Source: an uncultured virus (IMG/VR IMGVR_UViG_3300048536_000227) | Taxonomy: Duplodnaviria; Heunggongvirae; Uroviricota; Caudoviricetes | Direction: 5' to 3' (one strand) | DNA: 64,000 nucleotides | IMG/VR virus record: IMGVR_UViG_3300048536_000227 | In this document: one piece after another, positions 40,387 to 49,877 of the stretch | Position numbering within the stretch: the first letter of the stretch is position 1 | Layout of the letters: each line of letters begins with the position of its first letter | The notes under the pieces: model-generated | Told to the model about the DNA's origin: nothing | Seen by the model: only the letters and a program-made list of their open reading frames with translations | Database searches by the model: none | Made by a program: the position numbers and the translations under genes

Positions 40387-40845
40387 ATGAGATTAATATT
40401 CATAGGCATTATCATCACGTCATTACTTGGTGCTGGTGCCTATGTTTTGAAGTTACAAAAAGATAATGTAATTTTGAAAGAGAACGCAGTTAAATTAGAG
40501 TCTGCTATTACTGAACAAAAAACTTTAATAGAAAATCAGAAAAAAGATTTTGAAGAAATATTAGATGCTAACAATAAGATGAATAAGTTAGTTAATGCTT
40601 TGAAAAAAGATTTAGATGATTTAGATAAAAGATTTAATAAAAAAAATAGAGACGTTGGCAAACTTGCAATTGCTAAAACGAAGTCTATTGAACGAATAAC
40701 AAACGGTGCGTCAGCACTTGCTACAAGATGTATTGAGATCGCAAGTGGATCACCTCTAACTGAGGAAGAAAAAAATGCTACGAAGAAGTCGGAAATTAAC
40801 ACTGAATGTCCTTCAATTAGTAATCCTAACTATATTCCTTACTAG
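40387..40845 (+). CDS. Putative i-spanin (Rz-like)
   Basis: N-terminal TM, long coiled coil, C-terminal Cys residues; overlaps the following lipoprotein gene. Confidence 0.55.
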   Translation: MRLIFIGIIITSLLGAGAYVLKLQKDNVILKENAVKLESAITEQKTLIENQKKDFEEILDANNKMNKLVNALKKDLDDLDKRFNKKNRDVGKLAIAKTKSIERITNGASALATRCIEIASGSPLTEEEKNATKKSEINTECPSISNPNYIPY

Positions 40846-41146
40846 TTGTAGTGGAGTAAAACAGTTAAGTATATTTAAAGAAGAAGTACCAAGGGCAAAA
40901 CTTAATTTAGAAAAACCCACACCATTAGAATTAGAAAACTTAAAATGGATTATTATAACATCTGAAAATGCCGAAGAAGTATTTAAGAAGTTAGAAGAAC
41001 AAGGCATAGACCCGGTTTTGTGGGGTTTAACTGATAAAGACTTTGAACTATTGGCAAAAAACTTTGCTCAAATAAGAAATCAATTAAAAATTACAAATGA
41101 CTTACTAGATAAGTATAAAGAATATTACGAAGAAGAGGACGCATAA
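40775..41146 (+). CDS. Putative o-spanin (Rz1-like lipoprotein)
   Basis: Signal peptide with lipobox-like LTSC; overlaps the i-spanin candidate. Confidence 0.55.
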   Translation: MLRRSRKLTLNVLQLVILTIFLTSCSGVKQLSIFKEEVPRAKLNLEKPTPLELENLKWIIITSENAEEVFKKLEEQGIDPVLWGLTDKDFELLAKNFAQIRNQLKITNDLLDKYKEYYEEEDA

Positions 41147-41427
41147 TGGAATTATTTTTTGATATACTAGTTAAGTTTGGATTACCTGTAGCAGCTGCAA
41201 GTGTTATGGGAATGTTTATCTATATAATTTTAAAATACATTTTAGGTGGTGTAGTTGGATCAGTAAAAGGATTGCACGGCATAATTATGGGTTTAGAAAA
41301 TAGAGTTGAGACTATGAACAATGATCTAATACATATTGATACGTTACTTTCAGCTGCTTTACATTTAAGACCAGACTTAGATAGAATTGCCAGATCAGAT
41401 GGTAAGAATGATGCTAGGAAAGATTAA
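41146..41427 (+). CDS. Small membrane protein (holin-like candidate)
   Basis: FGLPVAAASVMGMFIYII TM segment; MNNDLIHID. Confidence 0.45.
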   Translation: MELFFDILVKFGLPVAAASVMGMFIYIILKYILGGVVGSVKGLHGIIMGLENRVETMNNDLIHIDTLLSAALHLRPDLDRIARSDGKNDARKD

Positions 41428-41681
41428 TGAACATATTACAAATACTTGAACAATATGGATTTGCAACTGTGGCCGCTATTGCCATGGGTTGGTTTATCTG
41501 GTTCATCTATACATACATCACACAGGAAATTACATCTAAGTTGGCAGAGGCAAACAAGGCACTTATTGTTCTCCTAGACAAAATCAGACGACTAGATAAC
41601 GATTTAATACGAATAAAGACTAAATTGAACACAGTATTAACCCTCCGAGAAGAAGAAAAAAGAAACAAAAAGAATAGATAA
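41427..41681 (+). CDS. Small membrane protein (holin-like candidate), paralog of the preceding gene
   Basis: YGFATVAAIAMGWFIWFI TM segment; LDNDLIRIK; basic C-terminus. Confidence 0.45.
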   Translation: MNILQILEQYGFATVAAIAMGWFIWFIYTYITQEITSKLAEANKALIVLLDKIRRLDNDLIRIKTKLNTVLTLREEEKRNKKNR

Positions 41682-41689
41682 TATAAATA
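41682..41689 (+). promoter_or_regulatory. T4-type late promoter for the curli module
   Basis: Exact TATAAATA immediately upstream of the csgF-like ATG. Confidence 0.7.
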
Positions 41690-41694
41690 TAAGT

Positions 41695-42183
41695 ATGAAA
41701 ACATCAATGAAAAAATTGATGTTAGTAGTGGGACTTATATCATTCACATCGATTACATCAATTCTAGCATCAGAATTAGTACATAATTTTAAGAATCCTG
41801 CCTTTAGTGGTAATGGATATTCTTCACATGTATTGTCTATCAATCAACTTGAAGTGCAAAGAGAGAAACAAGTTATTGATGACAGAAAATCAGCACAAGC
41901 ATCTGCTGAAAGATTAGAAAAAAACAAGACGGTAAATAAATTTATCGCCAATGTTGAAAGTAGAATTTATGCCAACTTATCAAAACAGTTAGTTGATAAT
42001 ATGTTTGGTGAAAGTTGTGATAGTAGTACCACAACTTGTCCTACATCTGGTAATGCAGATATAGAAGGTGCTCAAATTTATTGGGTAAAAGATACTACAA
42101 CTGAAATAATTACATTAACAATTACAGCTGATGACGGAACAGTTACAACGATGGCAGTTCCAATAGGTGATTTTCAATTTTAG
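41695..42183 (+). CDS. csgF: Curli assembly protein CsgF-like
   Basis: Signal peptide followed by ELVHNFKNPAFSG, matching the CsgF mature N-terminus (F.NP.F.G). Confidence 0.8.
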   Translation: MKTSMKKLMLVVGLISFTSITSILASELVHNFKNPAFSGNGYSSHVLSINQLEVQREKQVIDDRKSAQASAERLEKNKTVNKFIANVESRIYANLSKQLVDNMFGESCDSSTTTCPTSGNADIEGAQIYWVKDTTTEIITLTITADDGTVTTMAVPIGDFQF

Positions 42184-42192
42184 GATATTATA

Positions 42193-43032
42193 ATGATAAA
42201 AATATTAATGACTATAGTTATGACGTTTGCCTTGATTGGATGTCAAACAACTAAAGATATTGAAATATACAAAAATAAAGGACCATCTATACAAGTATCA
42301 ACTACTAAACAAAAGTTGAAGGCATTGCCTGATTTAGATGGACAACCTATTATAACAATAGCTGTTTACAGATTTACAGACCAAACAGGTCAGAGAAAAC
42401 CTAGTACAAAGTTTTCTCAACTATCAACTGCTGTCACACAAGGTGGTAGTATGTTTGTTGTGGATGCTTTAAAATCAGTTTCAGGTGGAGATTGGTTTCA
42501 AGTATTAGAGAGAGAAGGATTAGACAATCTAATCAAAGAAAGACAGTTGATTAGATCAACTAGAACAGAATATGATGGTGAACAACAGGTTGGAAATATT
42601 TTAAAACCTTTAGTGTTCGCTGGACTTCTAATGGAAGGATCCGTTGTAGGGTACGATAGTAATATACAATCGGGTGGACAAGGTGCGAGATATTTAGGTA
42701 TTGGTTTAAGTGAACAGTATAGAGTAGATCAAGTAACAGTATCTATAAGACTTGTATCAGTTCAATCAGGTGAAATATTATTAACCTCAAATGTGACTAA
42801 AACTATTGCTAGTCATTCAAAAGGTGGTGATGTATTTACATTCTTAGATATGAATACAAAAGCAATAGAGATAGAACGTGGCGTCGCTGCTAATGAACCA
42901 GTAACATACGCAGTAAGAAGTGCTATAGAATATGCCGTGCTAGATATAATTATGTGTGGTAAAGAAAAAGGATACTGGAAGTTTAAAGAAGAAAAAGAAA
43001 AAGGATTACACGAAAATGAAAACAATAATTAG
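42193..43032 (+). CDS. csgG: Curli secretion channel CsgG (lipoprotein)
   Basis: Lipobox LIGC; AVYRFTDQTGQRK, STAVTQG, WFQVLEREGLDNLIKERQLIR. Confidence 0.92.
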   Translation: MIKILMTIVMTFALIGCQTTKDIEIYKNKGPSIQVSTTKQKLKALPDLDGQPIITIAVYRFTDQTGQRKPSTKFSQLSTAVTQGGSMFVVDALKSVSGGDWFQVLEREGLDNLIKERQLIRSTRTEYDGEQQVGNILKPLVFAGLLMEGSVVGYDSNIQSGGQGARYLGIGLSEQYRVDQVTVSIRLVSVQSGEILLTSNVTKTIASHSKGGDVFTFLDMNTKAIEIERGVAANEPVTYAVRSAIEYAVLDIIMCGKEKGYWKFKEEKEKGLHENENNN

Positions 43033-43699
43033 TGTTATAATGTTCTTATTGATGTCAACTATGTTATGTGCCAATGACATATATGTCACTCAATCAGGTG
43101 CAAACCTTGATTTAGATATAACGCAAGATGGATCAAACAACACAGTTGGTAACTCCACAACAGCTTCTGCTTCAAGTGGTGCAACCACTGTATTGAATAT
43201 TGATCAAGTTGGTAACTCAAACGTAATTAAATATCAAATTAACGGTGCCACATACACAGGTACTATTAATTTAACAGGTAACTCAAATGATGTTGATTTA
43301 AATTGTGATAGTACAAGTGGTAATAGTTCTTGTGGAACTGTAACTGCTTCTATTACAATGACAGGAAATTCAAGTGATATAGACCTAGATATAGGGCAAA
43401 CTAGTGATGCTTCAAACTCAACTGTATCTATAACTGGAGCATCTGGTTCAGATTCAAACACTATAGCTGCAACAGTTGACGGAACAAGTGCTATTCTAAC
43501 TTTATCAGTTAATGGTGATACAAACAACTATTTAATTGATATTGATGGTAATGGTGATGTTAATGGTCATACATTGATACATACACACACTGGTTCAATT
43601 GCTGACGTTGACATAATACAATCAGGTGTTAATGACAATATGATCACTTTAACGACAAGTGGAGATAATGCAGATATCGACATATCGCAAACGGACTAA
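43016..43699 (+). CDS. Curlin-repeat secreted protein (CsgA/CsgB-like)
   Basis: Signal peptide; repeats of the ITQDGSNN / IDQVGNSN / IIQSGVND type. Confidence 0.7.
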   Translation: MKTIISVIMFLLMSTMLCANDIYVTQSGANLDLDITQDGSNNTVGNSTTASASSGATTVLNIDQVGNSNVIKYQINGATYTGTINLTGNSNDVDLNCDSTSGNSSCGTVTASITMTGNSSDIDLDIGQTSDASNSTVSITGASGSDSNTIAATVDGTSAILTLSVNGDTNNYLIDIDGNGDVNGHTLIHTHTGSIADVDIIQSGVNDNMITLTTSGDNADIDISQTD

Positions 43700-43742
43700 A
43701 TCACAATGATAACATTATTACTATTTACAGGATTAATAATAT

Positions 43743-44855
43743 ATGCGTGTTACAAGTTTTATAATTGGGTGCATACTCATAACCCTTACGACTTTAGCAA
43801 CAAATAGTCTTGCTTCTATCGGTGAAGTAACCTTACACACAGGAAATGCTGTTATCGATAGACAAGATGGATCTAAAGATATTGAGGTAAAGAAAGAGCT
43901 TGATGTTCTTTCATATGATACAGTTAAGACAGGACAAGGTAGAGTCGGTATAGAATTTATTGACGAAACCAGAGTTGATGTCACTGAGCATAGTAAATTG
44001 TTGATTGATGATTTTGTCTATGATCCAAATACAAAGACTGGTGCATTATCATTAAAGGCCTCTTTAGGTACAGTTAGATATGCCTCAGGTCAAATTGCAA
44101 AAAACTCAAAACAAAATGTAAAGATCAGTACCCCCACAGCTACAATTGCTGTAAGGGGAACTGATTTTGCTATGACCATAAATGAGATAGGTGGATCCAC
44201 TATTGTATTATTACCTAGTTGCAATAATGAAGGATTTTGTTATGTGGGTGAAATTGAAGTTATAACAGACGCTGGTTTTGTAATTATGAATCAAGCATTT
44301 CAAGTAACTCAAGTTGATACAATGGAATCAAAACCTTTAAAACCTGTATTGCTAGATTTAGATTTAGATATGATTAATAATTTATTGATCATAACACCCC
44401 CTAAGAAACTTGACGAGGCAATAACTGAACAAAAAGCAAAATCAATTGCAAACGCATTAGATTTAGACTTCTTAAAGTTTGATGATTTAGAAGTAGATTT
44501 GCTAGAAATTGAAGAAGAAGAATTTACAGGACTTGATGTTGATTTTTTAGATCAGAATTTTTTAGTTGATATATTAGAACAGTTAAATAGACAACTTGCC
44601 TTACAAATGAGAAGTGAGTTTGATAAAGGTAAAGATAAAAGAAAAACAGGTAAAGATGAATTTGGTGTTATACTTCTAATAGAAGAACCTCAATGGGTGT
44701 GGATGAGAACAGACTCATCTGAAAACAATATAGTATTACGACTAGACCAAGAGTATAGTTATAATATAAATGTTATACAAGGTGATACAGAAATTATAGA
44801 TTATGAATTGGGCGATAGTCCAACAAATCAAATAAGAATATATCAAAATCAATAA
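43743..44855 (+). CDS. FecR-domain periplasmic protein
   Basis: Signal peptide; DTVKTGQG..IEFIDET, ISTPTATIAVRGTDF; acidic LD-rich linker. Confidence 0.82.
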   Translation: MRVTSFIIGCILITLTTLATNSLASIGEVTLHTGNAVIDRQDGSKDIEVKKELDVLSYDTVKTGQGRVGIEFIDETRVDVTEHSKLLIDDFVYDPNTKTGALSLKASLGTVRYASGQIAKNSKQNVKISTPTATIAVRGTDFAMTINEIGGSTIVLLPSCNNEGFCYVGEIEVITDAGFVIMNQAFQVTQVDTMESKPLKPVLLDLDLDMINNLLIITPPKKLDEAITEQKAKSIANALDLDFLKFDDLEVDLLEIEEEEFTGLDVDFLDQNFLVDILEQLNRQLALQMRSEFDKGKDKRKTGKDEFGVILLIEEPQWVWMRTDSSENNIVLRLDQEYSYNINVIQGDTEIIDYELGDSPTNQIRIYQNQ

Positions 44856-46255
44856 TGTATAAATTTTTAAAAAGATTTACAATTTTTCTATTCATATGGA
44901 TGGTGTTTTTTTCTATTATAGATAAGTTGAAAGCAGACACGGCCCATATAAATTACGTGTCCGGTACAAGTGACCACTACACACAATTGAAAAGTGAACT
45001 AGAAGATTTAGGTTACACAGTCACAAGTACAAATAGTGGTAGTGTAACTCTATCAGATTTTAGTAGCAAAGATTTACATATCAATATTGCAGGTGATTCA
45101 AACTGTGGTAACAGTTGTAAGACGGCATATGAAACTTATATTGGTAATGGTGGTAATGTTATAATTGCAGGTAATGGTGTTTATAATAGTAATAGAACAA
45201 GTAGTATTGAAGGATTGATAGAAAGTAAATTAAGTGTGGGTACAATTACAATACACCCATATAACGCAAACTATAGCTCTAATGCAAATGGTTCATATTC
45301 AGGTGACGCAACATCAGGATATTGGCTTACAAGAAACTTATTTACTATGCAATCAGGTGGTACTGCTATAGCCACCAACAGTCCAGGTGGTTCCACCTAC
45401 AAGTCATGGGCAAAATATGACTATGGCAGTAATGGTGGCCAACTATTTGTTACCTTTGATCAATCACAATTTAAAAATTCTGTTAGTACCTGGATGACCA
45501 GATTTTATGCCTTTCTACAACAGACATTGGAGAACGAAGGCATATTAGTAACAACAACATTATCTGGCATAACTTCAAATCAAACAACAGAGTTTAATAC
45601 ATTTAGAAACAAGTCAGTGAACGGCAACCAGATATACGTCACACAAACAGGTGATAACAACACTTTGAATATAACACAAGACGGTGATGACAACCTGATC
45701 ATCGGTACAGACTTAACATCATCTGCTGTAATAAACGGAGATAACAATGCTTTAGATTTAGATCAGATTGGTAATGATAATGTTTTGGGAATAGATATAG
45801 TAGGTTCTTCAAACAACGTAGCAGTTACACAAAACCAAGATCAAAGGGCAAAATTAGACTTAACAGGTTCATCAAACAATGTAGATTTAGATCAATCAGC
45901 AATTAACTATATTGGTGAACACTATATGTCAGTAGTTATAAATGGCAATAGTAATAATGTTGATATAGATCAAACTGAAACAGGAAATAAAAAGGCATTT
46001 ATAGACATAGATGGTTCTAACAACTTGGCCTTAGATCAAAAAGGAACAGGTGATCACTATGCAGAAATAACACTAACTGATAGTCATAACGTAGATGTAA
46101 CACAAGACGGAAGTGGTGATCATAATGCAACTATTAATTTAAGTGGTAATACTTCTAGTGTAACATTGACGCAAGATAGTAGTACCTCACAGAATTATTA
46201 CTTATATCAAAATTGTACTCAATCAAGTTGCTCGGCAACTGTCACACAAAACTAA
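44855..46255 (+). CDS. Secreted protein with a globular N-domain and C-terminal curlin repeats
   Basis: Signal/TM; repeats QTGDNNTLNITQDGDDN, LDQIGNDN, LDQKGTGDH, VTQDGSGDH. Confidence 0.7.
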   Translation: MYKFLKRFTIFLFIWMVFFSIIDKLKADTAHINYVSGTSDHYTQLKSELEDLGYTVTSTNSGSVTLSDFSSKDLHINIAGDSNCGNSCKTAYETYIGNGGNVIIAGNGVYNSNRTSSIEGLIESKLSVGTITIHPYNANYSSNANGSYSGDATSGYWLTRNLFTMQSGGTAIATNSPGGSTYKSWAKYDYGSNGGQLFVTFDQSQFKNSVSTWMTRFYAFLQQTLENEGILVTTTLSGITSNQTTEFNTFRNKSVNGNQIYVTQTGDNNTLNITQDGDDNLIIGTDLTSSAVINGDNNALDLDQIGNDNVLGIDIVGSSNNVAVTQNQDQRAKLDLTGSSNNVDLDQSAINYIGEHYMSVVINGNSNNVDIDQTETGNKKAFIDIDGSNNLALDQKGTGDHYAEITLTDSHNVDVTQDGSGDHNATINLSGNTSSVTLTQDSSTSQNYYLYQNCTQSSCSATVTQN

Positions 46256-46261
46256 ATAGTT

Positions 46262-48187
46262 ATGATGAAGAAGATATTAACTCATTGGACAATCTCATTT
46301 CTTACTCTATTCATTGTTACATACATTGGATTAAAAGACCCTCAAATAAAAGAAGTATTAAGATTAAAGGGATTTGATCTATTAATTCAATCAGAAAAAA
46401 AAGAAATTTCAAAAGACATACACGTTGTTAGTATAGATGAAAAGGCCATAGAGAAGTATGGACAGTGGCCTTGGAAAAGAGACGTACTAGCAGACGTAGT
46501 AAATCAATTAAGAGAAAAAGGTGCTGGTATAATAGTCATACCTATACTATTTTCAGAGTATGATAGACTAGGTGGTGATGAAACATTTATCAATACAATA
46601 CATCAAAATGGTGTAGTCATAGCACAAACAGGAACAAATCAAACAAATAGAAACGCTGTGCCAAGAGGTGTTGCAAAAATAGGTGATCCGTTACCTTGGT
46701 TATTTGAATGGAATGGTATGTTAGGTCCTGTAAAAGAATTTGGTGATTATGCAGATGGTGTGGGTGTAACAAATACAGCACCTGAAGTTGATGGAGTTGT
46801 AAGAAGAATACCTTTACTTATGAAAATAGGTGAAGATGTATATCCTGCTATGGCAATAGAAGTTATAAGAGTTTCAACAGGTGCACCAAGTTATCAAGTT
46901 AAGGCAGGACAAGGTGGTATTATTGCCATGAGAGTGCCTGGATATAAAACAATCAAAACAGACGCAAATGCTCGTATCTGGTTAAGATGGAACAAATCAT
47001 ACTACACAACATCAATTGCAGATTTAGAAACTGAAGAATTAAGATTAGAGGGTAAAACAGTTATTATAGGAATGAATGCTGAGGGATTAGGAAATATTAT
47101 TGCAACTCCTGTAGGTGAGAGATATGCTTATGAATTAACTGCCTCAACTCTATCAACTGTACTAGATGGAAAAAATATAGAAAGAGTTGATATATCTTTT
47201 ATAGTAGAATTAGCAATTGCATTTATAGTTGGTTTGATAATTATAATACTTACAAGATACACATCATATTTTATTATTGCCTTTGCAATTATATTTTCAA
47301 TTATAACTTCATTAGTATATTCTAAGTTTTTATTTAATCAAAGTTTAATGTTAACAGATGTTACATGGATTATATTTACAGTTGTAGTTGTAGGATTTCA
47401 TAGTGTCTTTAATAGATTTATCTTAGAGTTTAAATTAAAACAACAAATCAGAAAACAGTTTGAGAAGTATTTGGATCCTAGACAAGTTGCTATTCTTGTA
47501 AAGAATCCTGAAAAGTTAAAACTTGGTGGTGAAAGAAAGGAAATGAGTTTCTTGTTTATGGACATTGTAGGATTCACACCTATTTCTGAACACTATAAAA
47601 ACAAAGATGATCCAGAAGGATTAGTAGAAGTTATTAACGATTACTTAAATCGTATGAGTAAGATAGTATTAAAGAATGGTGGAACAATAGACAAGTATAT
47701 GGGTGATTGTATTATGGCATTTTGGAATGCACCACTTGATTGTCCTGATCATGCTGAAATGGCAGTTAAGACAGGTATAGAATGTGCTAACGAAACAGAT
47801 AAAATTAAAAAAGAATTTAGGGAGAGAGGTCTTCCTGATATCAATATAGGTTCTGGTGTAAATACAGGAACTTGTATTGTTGGTAATATGGGTAGTGAAA
47901 TGAGATTAGATTATTCAGTTATAGGCGATGCTGTAAACTTGGCGGCTAGACTTGAAGCCGCTACAAGGAACTATAAGAACAATGGCAAGGTTACACCTTT
48001 GATTTATTCTTCATATACAAAAGAAAAACTGAAAAACATTGAGTCAATTGAACTAGATAGAATATTTGTTAAGGGTAAAGAGGAGTTAGTAACCATTTAT
48101 AAACCGTCAACAAACTTAATGGAGGGTTATGACTTTACTTCAACAAAGAAAGTTACGACTAATAGTAAAAAGGATAACAAGAAATGA
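46262..48187 (+). CDS. CHASE2-domain class III adenylate/guanylate cyclase
   Basis: IDEKAIEKYGQWPW (CHASE2), DGVVRRIPL, three TMs, FMDIVGFT, DKYMGDCIMAFW, YSVIGDAVNLAARLE, VKGK. Confidence 0.93.
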   Translation: MMKKILTHWTISFLTLFIVTYIGLKDPQIKEVLRLKGFDLLIQSEKKEISKDIHVVSIDEKAIEKYGQWPWKRDVLADVVNQLREKGAGIIVIPILFSEYDRLGGDETFINTIHQNGVVIAQTGTNQTNRNAVPRGVAKIGDPLPWLFEWNGMLGPVKEFGDYADGVGVTNTAPEVDGVVRRIPLLMKIGEDVYPAMAIEVIRVSTGAPSYQVKAGQGGIIAMRVPGYKTIKTDANARIWLRWNKSYYTTSIADLETEELRLEGKTVIIGMNAEGLGNIIATPVGERYAYELTASTLSTVLDGKNIERVDISFIVELAIAFIVGLIIIILTRYTSYFIIAFAIIFSIITSLVYSKFLFNQSLMLTDVTWIIFTVVVVGFHSVFNRFILEFKLKQQIRKQFEKYLDPRQVAILVKNPEKLKLGGERKEMSFLFMDIVGFTPISEHYKNKDDPEGLVEVINDYLNRMSKIVLKNGGTIDKYMGDCIMAFWNAPLDCPDHAEMAVKTGIECANETDKIKKEFRERGLPDINIGSGVNTGTCIVGNMGSEMRLDYSVIGDAVNLAARLEAATRNYKNNGKVTPLIYSSYTKEKLKNIESIELDRIFVKGKEELVTIYKPSTNLMEGYDFTSTKKVTTNSKKDNKK

Positions 48188-48329
48188 AAAACAAAGAAAA
48201 CTATACTTACTCAATACACACTGGCTCAAAATTAGGAAACAAAAGTTACGGAGACGCCGAAAAACATTTGTGAAACTCTGGAAAATTAATCGATTAAGAG
48301 AAATAAGAAGCATGGCTAAAGCCGCATAA
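48129..48329 (+). CDS. Small highly basic protein
   Basis: GGAGG SD; R/K-rich; overlaps the cyclase 3' end. Confidence 0.5.
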   Translation: MTLLQQRKLRLIVKRITRNEKQRKLYLLNTHWLKIRKQKLRRRRKTFVKLWKINRLREIRSMAKAA

Positions 48330-48343
48330 GAATAAATAGTAAC

Positions 48344-48808
48344 ATGGCAGAATTAACAGACATACAAAAAATAGTAACAGACGTTCAAGTTCTAAAGAAT
48401 GAAGTTGAGCAAGTTTCTAATGTTAATACAAAACTTGATAGTGCTATTGACAAGTTGACAGATATATCTAGCAGTATCAAGTCCATGTTAGCTGTCCATG
48501 AAGAAAGACTATCAAAACAAGAAGATATTGATAAAGCAATATTTAATCTAATGGAGAGTCGTAGAGTTGAGAGTGAATCGAAATTTGAAGACTTACATGC
48601 CAGGCTTAACAAATCTGTTAAAGAATTAAGAGACGAAGTCGAACTATCAGAAAAACGTATTTTATGTGACTTAAAAGAATTAAAATTAAACTTATCTGAT
48701 AGAGTAGGTGTCCTTGAAAAATATCGTTGGATAATCATTGGGGCATCTATCATTTTAGGGCTATGGTTTCCACAAATGGTAGACTTTACTAAAATAATTA
48801 AGATATAG
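48344..48808 (+). CDS. Coiled-coil protein with C-terminal TM
   Basis: AIDKLTD..MLAVHEERL; LEKYRWIIIG. Confidence 0.65.
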   Translation: MAELTDIQKIVTDVQVLKNEVEQVSNVNTKLDSAIDKLTDISSSIKSMLAVHEERLSKQEDIDKAIFNLMESRRVESESKFEDLHARLNKSVKELRDEVELSEKRILCDLKELKLNLSDRVGVLEKYRWIIIGASIILGLWFPQMVDFTKIIKI

Positions 48809-48848
48809 GTACTTGACTTTTTTGATGTTTTGATGTATAATACTATCA

Positions 48849-49862
48849 ATGACTTCATACATCGATCTTAACTATATTAGTAAACTACAACCTAGACTAC
48901 AACAGTTTAAAAAGAAACGAGACTATCTTTTTAATTTTCGTTGTCCAGTCTGTGGTGATTCTAAAAAGAATAAAACAAAAGCAAGAGCATACTTGTACAA
49001 AGTAAAAACAGATATGTTCTTTAAGTGTCATAATTGTGGGGCAGGTCACAATTTGGCAAACTTAATAAAATTACTAGATAAACCTTTATACGATCAGTAT
49101 GTAGTTGAACGATATAAAGGTTCTAAACCTGTTAGTGAAAAAAACTTATTTGATAAGTTTAAAACTAACACAAAAGAAAGATTAAAAACTTCACCTCTAC
49201 AAGGGCTTACGCCTATAAAAGAATTAGATAATGAACATCCTGCTAAGAAATATGTTACAAACAGGAAGATTTCTGAACAGTTTTTTGATAAACTATATTA
49301 CTGTAAAAAGTTCCAAGATTATGTAAATAAGTTGCGTCCAGGAACTTTCAGTAGTATAAATAAATCTTACGAACATCCTAGATTAATCATTCCTTTCTAT
49401 GATGTTGATAATGAAGTCTTTGCCATACAAGGCAGAGCATTTGGTAAAGAACAACCTAAGTACTTAACAATTAAACTAAAAGAAAATAAACAAAAAATAT
49501 TTGGACTTGAAAGAATAAATCTACATAGAAGATTATATATAGTAGAGGGTCCTTTAGATAGTTTGTTTTTAGATAATTGCCTTGCCGCTGCTGGTGCAGA
49601 TTTACAATTGCCAGTAGAAAAGAAAGATGTTGTTTTTATCTTTGATAATGAACCTAGAAATAAACAGATTGTAGATAGAATGTATAAGATGATTGAAAAA
49701 GATTATATGATAGTAATATGGCCAGAAGGACAAAAAGAAAAAGATATTAACGACATGATAATAAACGGCAAGACAAAAGAAGAAGTACAGAAAATTATTT
49801 CAGATAATACCTATTCAGGTTTATCAGCATTAACACAATTAAATTCATACAAACGTTGCTAA
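48849..49862 (+). CDS. gp61: gp61 DNA primase
   Basis: CPVCGDS, CHNCG zinc finger, VEGPLDSLF TOPRIM, DNEPRN, KDIND; promoter TTGACT-N17-TATAAT at 48813-48841. Confidence 0.95.
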   Translation: MTSYIDLNYISKLQPRLQQFKKKRDYLFNFRCPVCGDSKKNKTKARAYLYKVKTDMFFKCHNCGAGHNLANLIKLLDKPLYDQYVVERYKGSKPVSEKNLFDKFKTNTKERLKTSPLQGLTPIKELDNEHPAKKYVTNRKISEQFFDKLYYCKKFQDYVNKLRPGTFSSINKSYEHPRLIIPFYDVDNEVFAIQGRAFGKEQPKYLTIKLKENKQKIFGLERINLHRRLYIVEGPLDSLFLDNCLAAAGADLQLPVEKKDVVFIFDNEPRNKQIVDRMYKMIEKDYMIVIWPEGQKEKDINDMIINGKTKEEVQKIISDNTYSGLSALTQLNSYKRC

Positions 49863-49877
49863 GTTAGAGAGGGAAAA

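Noticed and set aside
41695..48187. Host contamination or chimeric assembly of the curli/cyclase region
   Set aside because: Same strand, composition and tight packing as the flanks, a T4 late promoter at its start, and phage genes on both sides
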